Source of the DNA: Mobula hypostoma
Taxonomy: Eukaryota
Direction of reading: 5' to 3'
NCBI RefSeq assembly: GCF_963921235.1
Contig: NC_086107.1
Coordinates: forward strand, 103,418,001 to 103,482,000
Length of the DNA: 64,000 bases
Each line of letters opens with the position of its first letter. The first letter of the stretch is position 1. This document shows, piece after piece, positions 37,076 through 48,214 of this stretch. The notes beneath the pieces were generated by a model, which was not told the origin of the DNA, searched no databases, and was given only the letters and a program-made list of their open reading frames with translations. The translations under genes and the position numbers were made by a program.

Positions 37076-39810
37076 ACTATCTAAATTGGAATGTCTAAGC
37101 CCCTGTAAAATGACATTTTTCTTTTACTTGGTTTGAGACACTCCACAACCTGAGGTCACAATCCAGACTATTGAGACATCACAGGTCTCTGTTAACTCTG
37201 CATTTTCAGATTTCAGTAATCCGCTCGGGTGCTTCATTTCATGTGATTTTGACGGGTGGCAAGCCAGGATCGCATTGACTCTTATTTAATATATTAATAT
37301 TTAAACTTTGAACAATTCCAATCAATGTAACTTTAGGTAAATCTGAGTAGCATAATGGTTTGGGAATTGTTACCTATTCACATTCTCACGTAGTGAATGA
37401 TTCTGGTCTTCCTTAGTTTTAATGGACAAAAGGTAGCTATTCTCAACTTAGTTTTGAGCACTTTCAAGTTGCCTTGTATTTAAGGTGCTGCCTTTTTACA
37501 TTAGGCTCAGGTTATCACTCATAGAAAGTATGTTTTGTTTTCCCAGTATAGTTAAAATAACAATTAGTAATATTTGTTCTCGTAATGTTCCAGTACATTT
37601 AATGTCTTATTGTTTTCTGTTTAACTTTTTTTTAGAAAATAATGAGCTTGTTCTGTTGCTCTTTACCTACTTATCGTCTCACTTTTTTATGTCCCTTGTT
37701 ATTTTTCTTCCTCCTTCTTCTTAGCCCGTCACCCCTGCTGGGTCACAGGCTGCTGGCAGCAGCTCACCAGAGTTCTCTATCCCGGGGTAGTCTTTCAAAT
37801 TGTGCCCAGCTGTAGCCCATCAAAGATCCTTCCTCTCCCAGGGATCTGGCCTTTGGTGTTTCTGTAGCACTGGAAAACTAACCCCCGTGCCCAACCCTCC
37901 TCCTATTGCAGCCGGCTTAGAATCGTCTATAGCAGAGCTTTCTTACTGCAGTTCTTTAATTTCAACAAAATTCTACCCTGTTGGATTTATGGTGAAGTTA
38001 GTTGCCCACTTGCTGTCTTGCATTTTTTTTCCTGATTTATTGATTTCATTAGATTGAGCATTGAGTTGAGCAACTTCCCTTGATTCTTTTCCATTATTTC
38101 TCTCCTGTGTCATTGAATTTAATTCCAAATGGCTGCTGATCTATAATATTTCTAAATACCTAATTGTTTTGAACATGCATTGAGTCATCATGGGTTCTTT
38201 ACTCATTCCAAGTTGTCCACTTCACTCAACCATACCGTACCAGGCTGAGCATGTCACAAGTGGCCTTTCTGCCATTGGATCATACGTATGAGAATAACCA
38301 ACCATAAACCCTTTGAGCTTTTTCCAAATGTATATTTGGTTACTTGAGGTCATCTACTCCTGTTGCTGTATGCCCTCTCTATTCCCTAATGGAGCAAGTG
38401 TTACATTCTGCTTGTATTACTTCCACAATCTTTTTATCAGGATGCTTCAAATATAAACAATGGAGTGTTCAGTCACGTGGCCCATCTAGATTTCTACCTC
38501 ACTTCCATCTACTCATCTTCATAAACCTCATATTTAGCACAATATTTCTTCTGTTTAACCTGTTCACTACTTCTCTCTTTTTAAACCCAACAGTCCATGC
38601 TTCAATAACATAAGCAGTTGATGCAACTTAACTTTGGAATTTAACTCTCTAATCTCTGAATCTGGATTGTACTCCTGCACAGGACATTATCCTTTGAGGA
38701 GCACGGCCAAAAATGAACTCTGTTCCAAATGGAACTTGACCAGGTCCTCAGAACTCTGAGTTTTTCCCCCGTTGTGTTTGTATCTTCTTCAGTCTTATTA
38801 AAAGATATTAAAATAGTGATTGAGTCATACGGAGACCATTCAGCCCATTTGGTCTCTGCTGGCGAAAAAAAATTGATCCATTTAGTTTTCCGCCACTTCC
38901 AACCCACTGTCTGCAGCCTTGTGGGTTATGCCTTCAAGCATTCAACCTTCAAATCTGAGTAGATTTTCTGCTTCAATCGTCCTTTCAGTTTCTCCATAAC
39001 TGCCTGCCTCAGATTTTAGATTAGGTTGGATTCAACTTTATTGTCATTGTGCCGAGTACAGATACAAAGCCAATGAAATACAATTAGCATCTGAGCAGAA
39101 GTGCAAAAGAATAGTGTTATTTACAAAATAACTGTGAATAAAAAGTAAGTGCTACAGCACACAAATATAAAAGTACTGAGACAGTACTATGTTGGTTGAA
39201 AAGTACTTCTTTAAATACCCCCCGATTCTTCTACCAATAATGAACTAAAATCGTGGAAATAACTAAAGCCTGCACTCTAATGGAGGGATTCCACTCGAAG
39301 TGCTGCCAATATCTCTCCCCCACCCCCACAGTTTCTATTGAGTCTGCTGAGATTTTCCAGAAAATTGATGACAGATTTCAGTATCTACAGTCTCTCTAAC
39401 TTAAATCCATGTCCCCTAGTTAATTCAAGAGATGGAATTTTTAAAAATTCTGTGGATAATATTTTGGGTAATTCTTTGAATTTATTTGTACTTGGGATGC
39501 AGAATTTCTTCCATTGGTGTAGTTAAGTGAGAGCACAAATGTGTTTAAGGGGACGTCAGACAATAATGTATAGGAGCAAAGGATAGGTTAAAGTGAAAGA
39601 AGTTCCCTGAAAAACACTGGAATAGAACATTGGCTTGAATTTCCATTTGCTGTTAATTGTATATTTCAGTGAAAATGCCTGGTATTCTTCCTGTATGTAT
39701 GGAATATATGCTTATCTGGGTTTCTTTGTAGTTTCTTATAGAAATCCTGGATTCTGAAGTCTGCTGCTGCACAAGAAACTAACTCTTGTTACATTTATTC
39801 CCTGGGTACA

Positions 39811-40364
39811 CACTCAGTGGGCACCTTATCAGGAAACTACTGTACCTAATATAAAGTGGCCACTCGGTGTATGTTTGTGGTCTTCTACTGCAGCCCATCC
39901 ACTTTAAGGATCGTTGTGTCGTGCATTCAGCGATGCCCTTCTGAACACCATTGTTGTAATGTGTGGTTATTTGAGTTACCGTCACCTTCCTGTGACCTTG
40001 AACCAGCCTGACCATTCTTCCCTGACCTCTTTCATTAACAAGGTGTATTTGCAGAACTGGATTTTTTTTGGGGGGTTTTTTTTTTGCACCATTCTCTGTA
40101 AACTCTGGAGACGGCTGTGCATGAAAATACCAGGAGATCAGCAGTTTCTGAGATACTCAAACCACCCCATCTGGCACCAACAGTCATTCCATGGTCCAAG
40201 TCACTTGTAGATCGCATTTCTTCCCTATTCTGAAGTTTGGTCTGAAAACAACTGAACCTTTTGACCATGACTGCATGCTTTTATGCATTTGACTGATTGA
40301 TTAGATATTTGCACAAGAGCAGGTGCGCAGAGGTACCTATTAAAATGGTCACTTTATTAGGTAC
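39811..40364 (-). mobile_element. Non-autonomous Tc1-like element with hairpin structures at both ends
   Basis: GMTVGARWGGLSISETADLL remnant; double TIR 39811-39869; fold-back TIR 40333-40364. Confidence 0.85.
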
Positions 40365-42256
40365 ATAAAGTATAGGTGCAAAGGATTGGTTAAAGTGAAG
40401 GAGTTTCTTGATAGACACCGGAATAAACCATTTGGCTTGAATTTCCCTTCCGCAGTCAATTTATATCGCAGTGAAAATGGCCAGTATTCTTCCTGTACCT
40501 ATGAAATATCTGCTTACCTGGGTTTCTTTTGTAGTTCTTATGGAACTCCTAGTTTCTGAAATCTGCAATTAAAAACTTTTGTGGCATTTATGCTCTAGGT
40601 ATATATGCCTTTGACAATACATTTAAGCTTAAACTGAATAAAATATAGGGATGGCACCTGGCTGGGCAATAAAAGTACTGCTATCTCAGTATAGTTATGT
40701 TTAAAACACGGCTTGAAAGTGTGGTTTCTGTTGTTCTGAGAAGTGGATTGCTGCCTTCCATTTTATCATTGGGATCGCGCTGCTCCTTGCCTCAGGGTGG
40801 AGAAGAATGACTCATTCATTTGCTGAATGCAGTACTTTGTCCAAGGTCTTTCTGTAAGTGCTTTTTTTTTGAACAGTTAGGTGGTGTGAATGGGTCTACG
40901 AGACGATTAGTTTGTGCAGCCGTTCACAGTGGAAGTATTTTTCCAGCAGCAGTCTTAACCTTTGTCTACACTGTAGAATCGGCTTCTTAGGGTAAGTTTC
41001 ATTCACAAAAGCATGGTGTGTATTTTTGGTGAAGCATGTTTCGGACATCTTTATGCTTTCTTGTGTACAGATTGTGAGTGTATAATATGTTTGAAAATGA
41101 ACATCCATGGGATGCTGACAAATATACAGAGGGAATATATAACCAGGAAACAGGTTATTAAAAGCTTATACTTATACTTTATTGCTGCTAAACAATTGGT
41201 ACTAGAACGTACAATCATCAGCTTGGTTTAAGAGGTAGACTTTGAAGATCTTTGAAAAAGATGTGATTTGATGTGCCCCCATTGTATGGTTAAGCTCCGA
41301 GTGTTGTCTTAAGCCAAAAGAAAATAACTTGTCAAGGGTTATTAGCTGTGCGATTTTAATCTCCTCTTTTAAATAGCTGTTTGAAGTAGCAGATAGTTTT
41401 AGATGGGGCTCTGCTGTTGTTGATTTTATTCACATTTGCATCATTCTTCGTCAAAGGCAGTCACTTGAGGTCAGGGATGACTTCCACTCCACTTCCATAG
41501 GTGGGCAGGAAATTCCCCAAACGCTGTTTAGGAGGTTCTGTACTTCTGCACTTTCTCTGATCCTCCGTGTGCTGCCTTTGAGGAGACTTCAGATGCTCAC
41601 TGCCTGTCCAAATGGTGCTCTTTCATTACCTTTAAGGAGGCATTGGGAACATCCTTGAAGCTCCTTCCCTGTCCTTGTGAAAATGTCTTAATGTTATGGA
41701 GCTTAGAGTTGTGAAACTAGATGGTATGTTTCACCCGTCAGTTGTTTGACCATAGTCAGAGCACGATGTTAGGGGCAAGGCGCTGCCTGGTTCCCCCTCT
41801 GCTGGAGGATTTTAAGGAGATACCAGTGGTGGTCTTCATTGCTTTGAGGTGGCCACTGCTGATGGTCCATCCCTCTGCAGTGTACGGGAGAGTAGGGATC
41901 CTTGCTGTCCTGAAGACCAAAAGCTTAGTGCTCAGTAATATTCAAAACTGCTGGGATGCCTGGAGGTGGTGGTGAATTTGGTTATCGTCGCCTACCTTTG
42001 CTGTGAGATTGATCGTGTGACAAGGTCTTGTCGTGGTTAGTTATCTGAGAGCAGAATTTGCGTTACTAATGGCTTAATAGTGCAAAGAAAATTAAATTTT
42101 ACAAATGAAGTGAAAATTAATTGATTAGCCTGTTCTTATTATTTTGATCCTTTGTTAGAAAATAGCACAGTAGTCAGAATGCATTCATATTTTTAATCAA
42201 TTAAAATATTGATTTCCTTTCTGTTTTCATCGTTACAGGTTAATATTCAAGCCAAA

Positions 42257-42446
42257 GTGGATTTGCCGAATGAAGTGAGCCAACCCCTCCCCGTCTCTGG
42301 TAATGGTTCAGACGGTGGTGGGGTTGGAGATAGTGAAGATGATGGGTCAGCTCCGAGTCCACAGAGTGAAGCGGTCACAAATGAACTGCAAGAGCTCACG
42401 CTGCAGTCAAGCAACGGCCTCTCTCCTTTGAACAAGAGGAAAAATG
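42257..42446 (+). CDS. MRTFA: First coding exon (exon 42239-42446) of myocardin-related transcription factor A, long isoform; N-terminal extension upstream of RPEL1; partial CDS from a putative GTG start
   Basis: Acceptor tttcctttctgttttcatcgttacag (AG 42237-42238) and donor G|GTGAGC (42447). Translation VDLPNEVSQPLPVSGNGSDGGGVGDSEDDGSAPSPQSEAVTNELQELTLQSSNGLSPLNKRKN matches the recalled MRTF N-terminus (MRTF-A ...VNGLDGGGAGENDDE...APSPQSEAVANELQELSLQ...LPPLSERKN|VLQL). The phase-1 G fits the following Val. MRTFB shares the APSPQSEAV block, but the NG-DGGG-G motif, NELQEL and lack of Met favour MRTFA. Next exon (VLQLKLQQRR) not seen in window. Confidence 0.85.
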
Positions 42447-42794
42447 GTGAGCATCTCCCGGGTATACGTCCCCTAGCTGTGGCTTATGTTGTGTTAGGTT
42501 TGTGATTTTGTGCACATCCAGTACCTAAACATGAGGGGTTCCCAGAAGGACTCATTGAAATTGCTATTGGGAGGGATGAGAACAAGATCGGGCCCAGCTG
42601 TGAAGTTTTACACCGTTGAATATCATGCCACTTGCTGTGTATAGGAAAGATTTCTTCCTGGGCGTGATCATGCAGAAGCCAATATTGTGACCAGGTACAG
42701 GACAGTAGTTTAATGTCAGCTGTTTACTTGTGCTGAATTGGAATGTTATCCCTCGATCCAACTATCCATCTATCCACCAATCCTTCCCCTCACC

Positions 42795-43036
42795 TCTGGC
42801 CCTTTGAGCCAAGCTGCTCAGCAACCCCTGATTTAATCTGAGCCTAACCACGGGACCATTTACATTGAACAATTAATCTACCAAGCGGTTTGTCTTTGGA
42901 CTGTGGGAGGAAACCGGAGCAGCCGGAGGAAACCCACGCGGTCGCGGGGGGAGAACATGCAAACTCCTTACAGGCAGCGACGGGAATTGACCCTGGATCG
43001 CTAGTGTTGTAAAGCATTGTGCTAACTGTGCTGCCC
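42795..43036 (-). mobile_element. V-SINE (HE1-like)
   Basis: gggaggaaaccggagcagccggaggaaacccacgc central domain and tRNA-like head. Confidence 0.8.
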
Positions 43037-43074
43037 GTTGCTGAATATACTTTGGTCAGACACAGTTTATCTTC

Positions 43075-43400
43075 AATTCTAGTTCTAGCATGGCTGTCAC
43101 TCCACTGTAGTGGAATGCTGCACTGGCAAATATGCTGTCCTTTCAGGTGTGAAGTTAAATGAAGAATCATTCGGGCGAATATAAGAGATCTCATGGCACC
43201 ACTTTGAAGGAACATCAAGGGAATTTTTCTGTATCTCGAGGCAATGCTTATCCCCTGGCACACATCACTAGAGCACGCGTACTCTTGTTGTTTGTTGGAA
43301 TTTTCACTGCACAAATTGGGTGATGTTTCCTTACATCACAATAACTCTGCTCCAAAGGTGTCTCAATAATGGGAAATTCTTTTGTGACAAATGTTTTTTT
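43075..43400 (+). mobile_element. Ancient DeuSINE (SacSINE1/AmnSINE1-related) remnant
   Basis: ctgcactg..tgctgtcctttcaggtgtgaagttaaa..agatctcatggcaccactttgaagg..catcacta..tgcacaaattgg..tttccttacat follows the recalled Deu-domain order. Confidence 0.65.
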
Positions 43401-43486
43401 TATATGTTGCTAATTGTAATCAGCAACATGTGGATTATTAACTATTTCCCGTGTTTTCACAATTGAAATCAGACAAGTAAAGTGCC

Positions 43487-43590
43487 GTGTCCTGATGAAG
43501 GGTCTCAGCCCAAAACGCTGACTGCCTAATCTTTTCCATAGATGCTGCCTGGCCTGCTGAGTACCTCCAGCATACTGTGTGTGTTGCCAA
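43487..43590 (+). mobile_element. Penelope-like terminal repeat with mutated hammerhead motif
   Basis: CTGATGAagggtctcagcccAAAAc (GAAA lost) followed by tttccatagatgctgcctggcctgctgag. Confidence 0.7.
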
Positions 43591-44173
43591 GTAAAATGCA
43601 GGTTTTGTTTTCCCGTCAATGGAATGTGACAGAAAACTGACGCAAGGGTGATTTCCTTCACTTTGTTATGCATTTTAAAAACAAAATGCCTCAAGTCAGA
43701 TGCTAAAATGGGCATTCAGCATAAAAAATTTATTTTAAAGCATCATTTATTTTGAGGGTACAATTGAAAATTGGGTTTCCCAGAATGAAATATGACTGTT
43801 TCCTTTCTGGCTGTCATTTCCCATCATTCTAGAAATCTGACCTCTGCAAAATGCATATGTTACATTTAATATCAGCAGTTCTTTCCATATCACACATCAA
43901 ATGTCCCTGGGAAGTAAATGAGGCAACTATTGATGCTGCACAATGCTAAACTGGAACCCAACTAAGATCATATCTATTGTCCCTGACTCTGGCTCTACCA
44001 TAATTGTCATGTATATTATGATAGTAGAAAGTATATTTATTAATTGTTCGAATATCAATGTTTGGTCTGCTCTCTTACCTAATGAAATTTGACTTACTCT
44101 GACATTCTTTGTTGGGGTATGGTTATCATGACATCGCTAACATTTATTGCCCATTCAATGTAGTTTACTATCG

Positions 44174-44433
44174 TGGGCAACACGGTAGCTTAGTGGTTAG
44201 CACAACGCTTTACAGTACAGGGTTCAATAAGGAGTTTGTACGTACTCCCCGTGGGTTTCTCCGGGCACTCTGGTTTCCTCCCACCTTCCAAAGACGTACC
44301 GGGTTGTAGGTTAATTGGTCATTGTAAATTGCCCGGAGATTAGATTAGAGGTTAAATCAGGGGATTGCAGGCCAACATGGCTCGAAGGGCCAGAGGGTCC
44401 TATTCTGCGCTGTACATCAAAAATAAATGAATA
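44174..44433 (+). mobile_element. V-SINE (HE1-like)
   Basis: ggtagcttagtggttagc head, gtgggtttctccgggcactctggtttcctccca domain, A-rich tail. Confidence 0.8.
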
Positions 44434-46214
44434 AAACCCATCCTGGCTCAGTGTTAATGACATGTCTGGAGTTGTGTAATAGCTATCAGGGACAGTCGTC
44501 ATAGTTTACAATAATCCAGTCATTCCTTTGTTTGTATTAAGTGACTTTTTAATTCGAAATTAATTTAATTACTCATCCCCAGCTGCCATGAGAGAATTTA
44601 AAATAATGATTCCAGATCAATGGTGGAGTACATAGCCAGTAGTTTAGTATATATCCAGTGTGCCATTAAGGTGTATTTTACCTTTAATCCTGCACACTAT
44701 TATAATCTGATTTATTAGATTTTGCCCCAGTAAATCTTTTAACTCTGTTGTGCCCCTGGTGAACTTGCTTTATGTCAGCAGCACTATTTACTTTACCTGG
44801 TGTTCTGGTCTCAGAGAAGTGCTTCATAAACTAAGCTCATTTCTCCACTCATCCTGTCCAAAATTATGTTAAATATTGAACTTTTAGAGCAGCGTATCCA
44901 GGTCTCTTTGGCCAACCAACATAAACACATCACTGTAACTGTATGTTCTGGTGGCAGCTCAGCATCTCAGAATCAGGTTTGTTATCACTGACACGGTGTG
45001 TAATGTTTTGTTTTGTGGCAGAAGTTCAGTGCAGTACATAAATTACTCTAAGTTACATTAAGAAAAATATAAAAAAAATTAGTGCAAAAAGGGGGTCATA
45101 TATATGAGGACCATTCAGAAATCTGATGGTGGGGAGCTGCCTCTATCTGGTGGGGAGCTGCCTCTAAAATGTTGAGTATGTGTCTTTAGACATCTGTACT
45201 ATCTTCTTATTACTATCATTGGGGAGGAGATACAGGAGCCTGAAGACACACACTCAGCACCTTAGGAACAGCTTCTATTTCTCCACTGTCATATTTCTGA
45301 AAAGACAATAAACCAAAGCATGAACTCTGCCTCACATGTTTTGCATTATATATTTAATTTATTTTCTATACGTATTTCTTATTAGAACCTATACATTTCA
45401 TGACATACGTCAGTGATTTTAAACCTGATTCCGATGCTGTACCTCCTCCCTAGCAGTAATGAAAAGAGGGAATGTCCTCGATGGTGAGGGTTCTTAATGT
45501 TGGATGCTGCCGTCTTTTAAAGATGCCTGCGACGGTGGGGAGGCTAATGTCCATAATTTCCTGTGCATTGGAGCCTCCACATCAGGTGGTGATTTCTTTC
45601 TCATAAACATTTCAGCATAGAAACAGGCCATTCGGTCTACGACTTTAATGCTGACCATCAAATCCTATCTGTACTAATCTCATTCCCCAGTGCTCCGTGC
45701 TTTGACAGTTAAATGTCAGGGTGTCAGCCTCCACTTTCTCAGGCAGTGCATGTCAGATTGCAACAATGCTCTGGGTGAAAAAAATTCTGCCTCTGATCTT
45801 TCATGAAAAATTCTTACTCCTCATATTAAACCCTTCCTGGAATGAACTGAAATTCCAGTCACTCGTGTTTAACTGGAAATACTTCATGGATGTTGCCTTT
45901 CGGAGATGGGTCACTGCCACTATTAAGTGTGTGATTTGGACTCAGAGGGACACCAGTTTTCAGAATGGTTTTGTAAGGGTATCTTTCACTTTGAAGAACC
46001 CCAGATGATCCACTTAGGAAGTATTGATTTATTTAAACTGGAAGGTTATTATAATACAAAATAACCTGGGCACTTTGTGCATTTGGAAATAATCCCAGAC
46101 CTGGGCTTTACTGTAAGTGAAAGGAACGACTAGAGGACAAAATCTACAGTTTTAAACTCCTGCAACAAAATGCCCAAGACCAAAAGATGCTTCATTCCAT
46201 CACTTCAGAAAGAA

Positions 46215-46745
46215 ATTTCAATGTAAATGTATTATCAAAGTACGTATTGGCCACCATATACGACCAGAGATTCATTTCTTGCAGGCATTCACAGTAGAAC
46301 AAAGCAAGACAATAGAATCAATGAAAAACGAGACACATGCACAAAGACTGACAGACAACCAATGTGCTAAAGAAGACAAACCATGCACATTCATACATAA
46401 ATAATACTGAGAATACGAGTTGTAGGCTCCTTGAAAGTGCGTTCATAGGTCATGGAATCAGTTCAGTTTTGAGGAGAGTGAAGTTATCCACATTGGTTCA
46501 GGAGTCTGATAGTTGGAGGATAATAACTGTTACTGAACCTGGTGGTGTAGGACCTCCTCCCTGATGCCAGCAGCGAGAAGAGAGCATGAACTGGATGATT
46601 GGGGACAGGGGCAGTCCTTGCCGTTAGATGCTGCTTTCCTGTGGCAGTTCTCCTTATAGTGCTCAATGGTGGGGAGGGCTTTTCCTGTGATGGACTGGGC
46701 TGTATCCACCACTGTTTGTTGGCTTTCCCTTGGCTGGTGCATGTA
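46215..46745 (-). mobile_element. Rex/Babar-type LINE 3' fragment
   Basis: VVDTAQSITGKALPTIEH and HALFSLLASGRR..TTRFSNSYYP motifs. Confidence 0.75.
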
Positions 46746-47604
46746 GTCTTTCCTGTTAGGAAAGAAAACAGAATGAAGGGGTTAACATTGATTGTGGAAG
46801 AAAGCGAGCGATTGTCCTCACAAGATAAAGTTCACAGTGCAGTAAAAGCATTTGTGTATTTAAGGCTGTTCTTGTTGTGAGAGTGAGCTCATGCATGTTG
46901 GCTGCACCTAGTGGGAGGGGTCCACATCAGGACATGCTTGTGAAGTCAGTTACATTCAGTGGTAAGTCTGTGCAATTATAGTTTGAGACGTAAAGCTGCT
47001 GTGGACCAAGACTGAAAGTGTTGCAAGCCAAGAGGATAGCAATGATGTTGTTTGGAGCAAGAAATACAATGCTCATAATGCACAATGTATAGTAAAGCAG
47101 GTAAGGCAGCATATGATTGGGTAGGAATGTGGAATTTGGTTCACTGCTGGGTAGTTTGATTGCTGCTAACACGATTCTTGTCCCAGTTAGCCGAGGGAGA
47201 CTGATTTCCAGACAGAATAGCGCCCTGGGTATCAAGTACTGCAGTTTAACTTTTACTTCACAATCCTGCTTGGATGGCCAACTCACTGACAATTTGAGCA
47301 CATTCTTATGCTGTTTCTCGCTTGACTCTTAGTGTGAGGAGTATGAGCCAAGTAGTTCTCAGAGATACTTTTAAGAGTCAATACTGTCTGATTTTTATAT
47401 ATTTTTTTTCCCCATTAACCTCCTCCAAATGCCCCAATCTGTTTTGGAGTTGCAATGAAATATCAGGACTCTATTGACTTGGGCTTAATGTTCTGTTTAA
47501 TTCTTTTACACAAGAATATCTGTAGATTCTGGCAATCCAAGGCAACACATGCAAAATGCTGGAGGAATTCAGCAGGTCAGGCAGCATCTATGGAAGTCAA
47601 TAAA

Positions 47605-47642
47605 CAGTTGACGTTTCAGGCTGGGACCCTTCTTCAGGACAG
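47605..47642 (-). ncRNA. Minimal hammerhead ribozyme motif
   Basis: Reverse complement ctgtc-CTGAAGA-agggtcccagcct-GAAA-cGTC-aactg. Confidence 0.6.
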
Positions 47643-48176
47643 GAAGTGATGGGGGAAAGGGGAATAGGCTAGCTGGAAGGTGATAGGTAAAGCCAGGTAG
47701 GTGGGAAAGGTCAAGGGCAGGAGAAGAAAGAATAGACAATAGACAATAGGTGCAGGAGTAGGCCATTTGACCCTTCGAGCCAGCACCGCCATTCACTGTG
47801 ATCATGGCTGATCATCCACAATCAGTATCCGGTTCCTGCCTTATCCCCGTAACCTTTGATTCCGCTATCTTTAAGAGCTCTATCCATCTCTTTCTTGAAA
47901 GCATCCAGAGACTTGGCCTCTGCTGCCTTCTGGGGCAGAGCATTCCATATATCCACCACTCTCTGGGTGAAGAAGTTTTTCCTCAATCAATCTGACAGGA
48001 CAGGAGAGCGGACAATAGAAGTAAGGGAAGGAGGGGGAAGTAATAGGCAGGTGAGAAGTGAAAGGTCAGAGAGCGGAATGGGCGGGGGGGGGGTGGAATT
48101 TTCACCTGAAGGTGAAATCGATATTCATGCTGTTAGGTTGGAGGTTACCCAGACAGAATAAAAGGGGTTGCCTTTC

Positions 48177-48214
48177 CAGTCCTGAAGAAGGGTGTCAGCC
48201 CGAAACGTCAACTG
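48177..48214 (+). ncRNA. Minimal hammerhead ribozyme motif
   Basis: cagtc-CTGAAGA-a-ggg-tgtcag-ccc-GAAA-cGTC-aactg; full core, stem II intact, one stem I mismatch. Confidence 0.65.

Noticed and set aside
42209..42505. 98-aa ORF as a single-exon gene
   Set aside because: Its ends run through the pyrimidine tract and past the donor; only 42239-42446 is exon.
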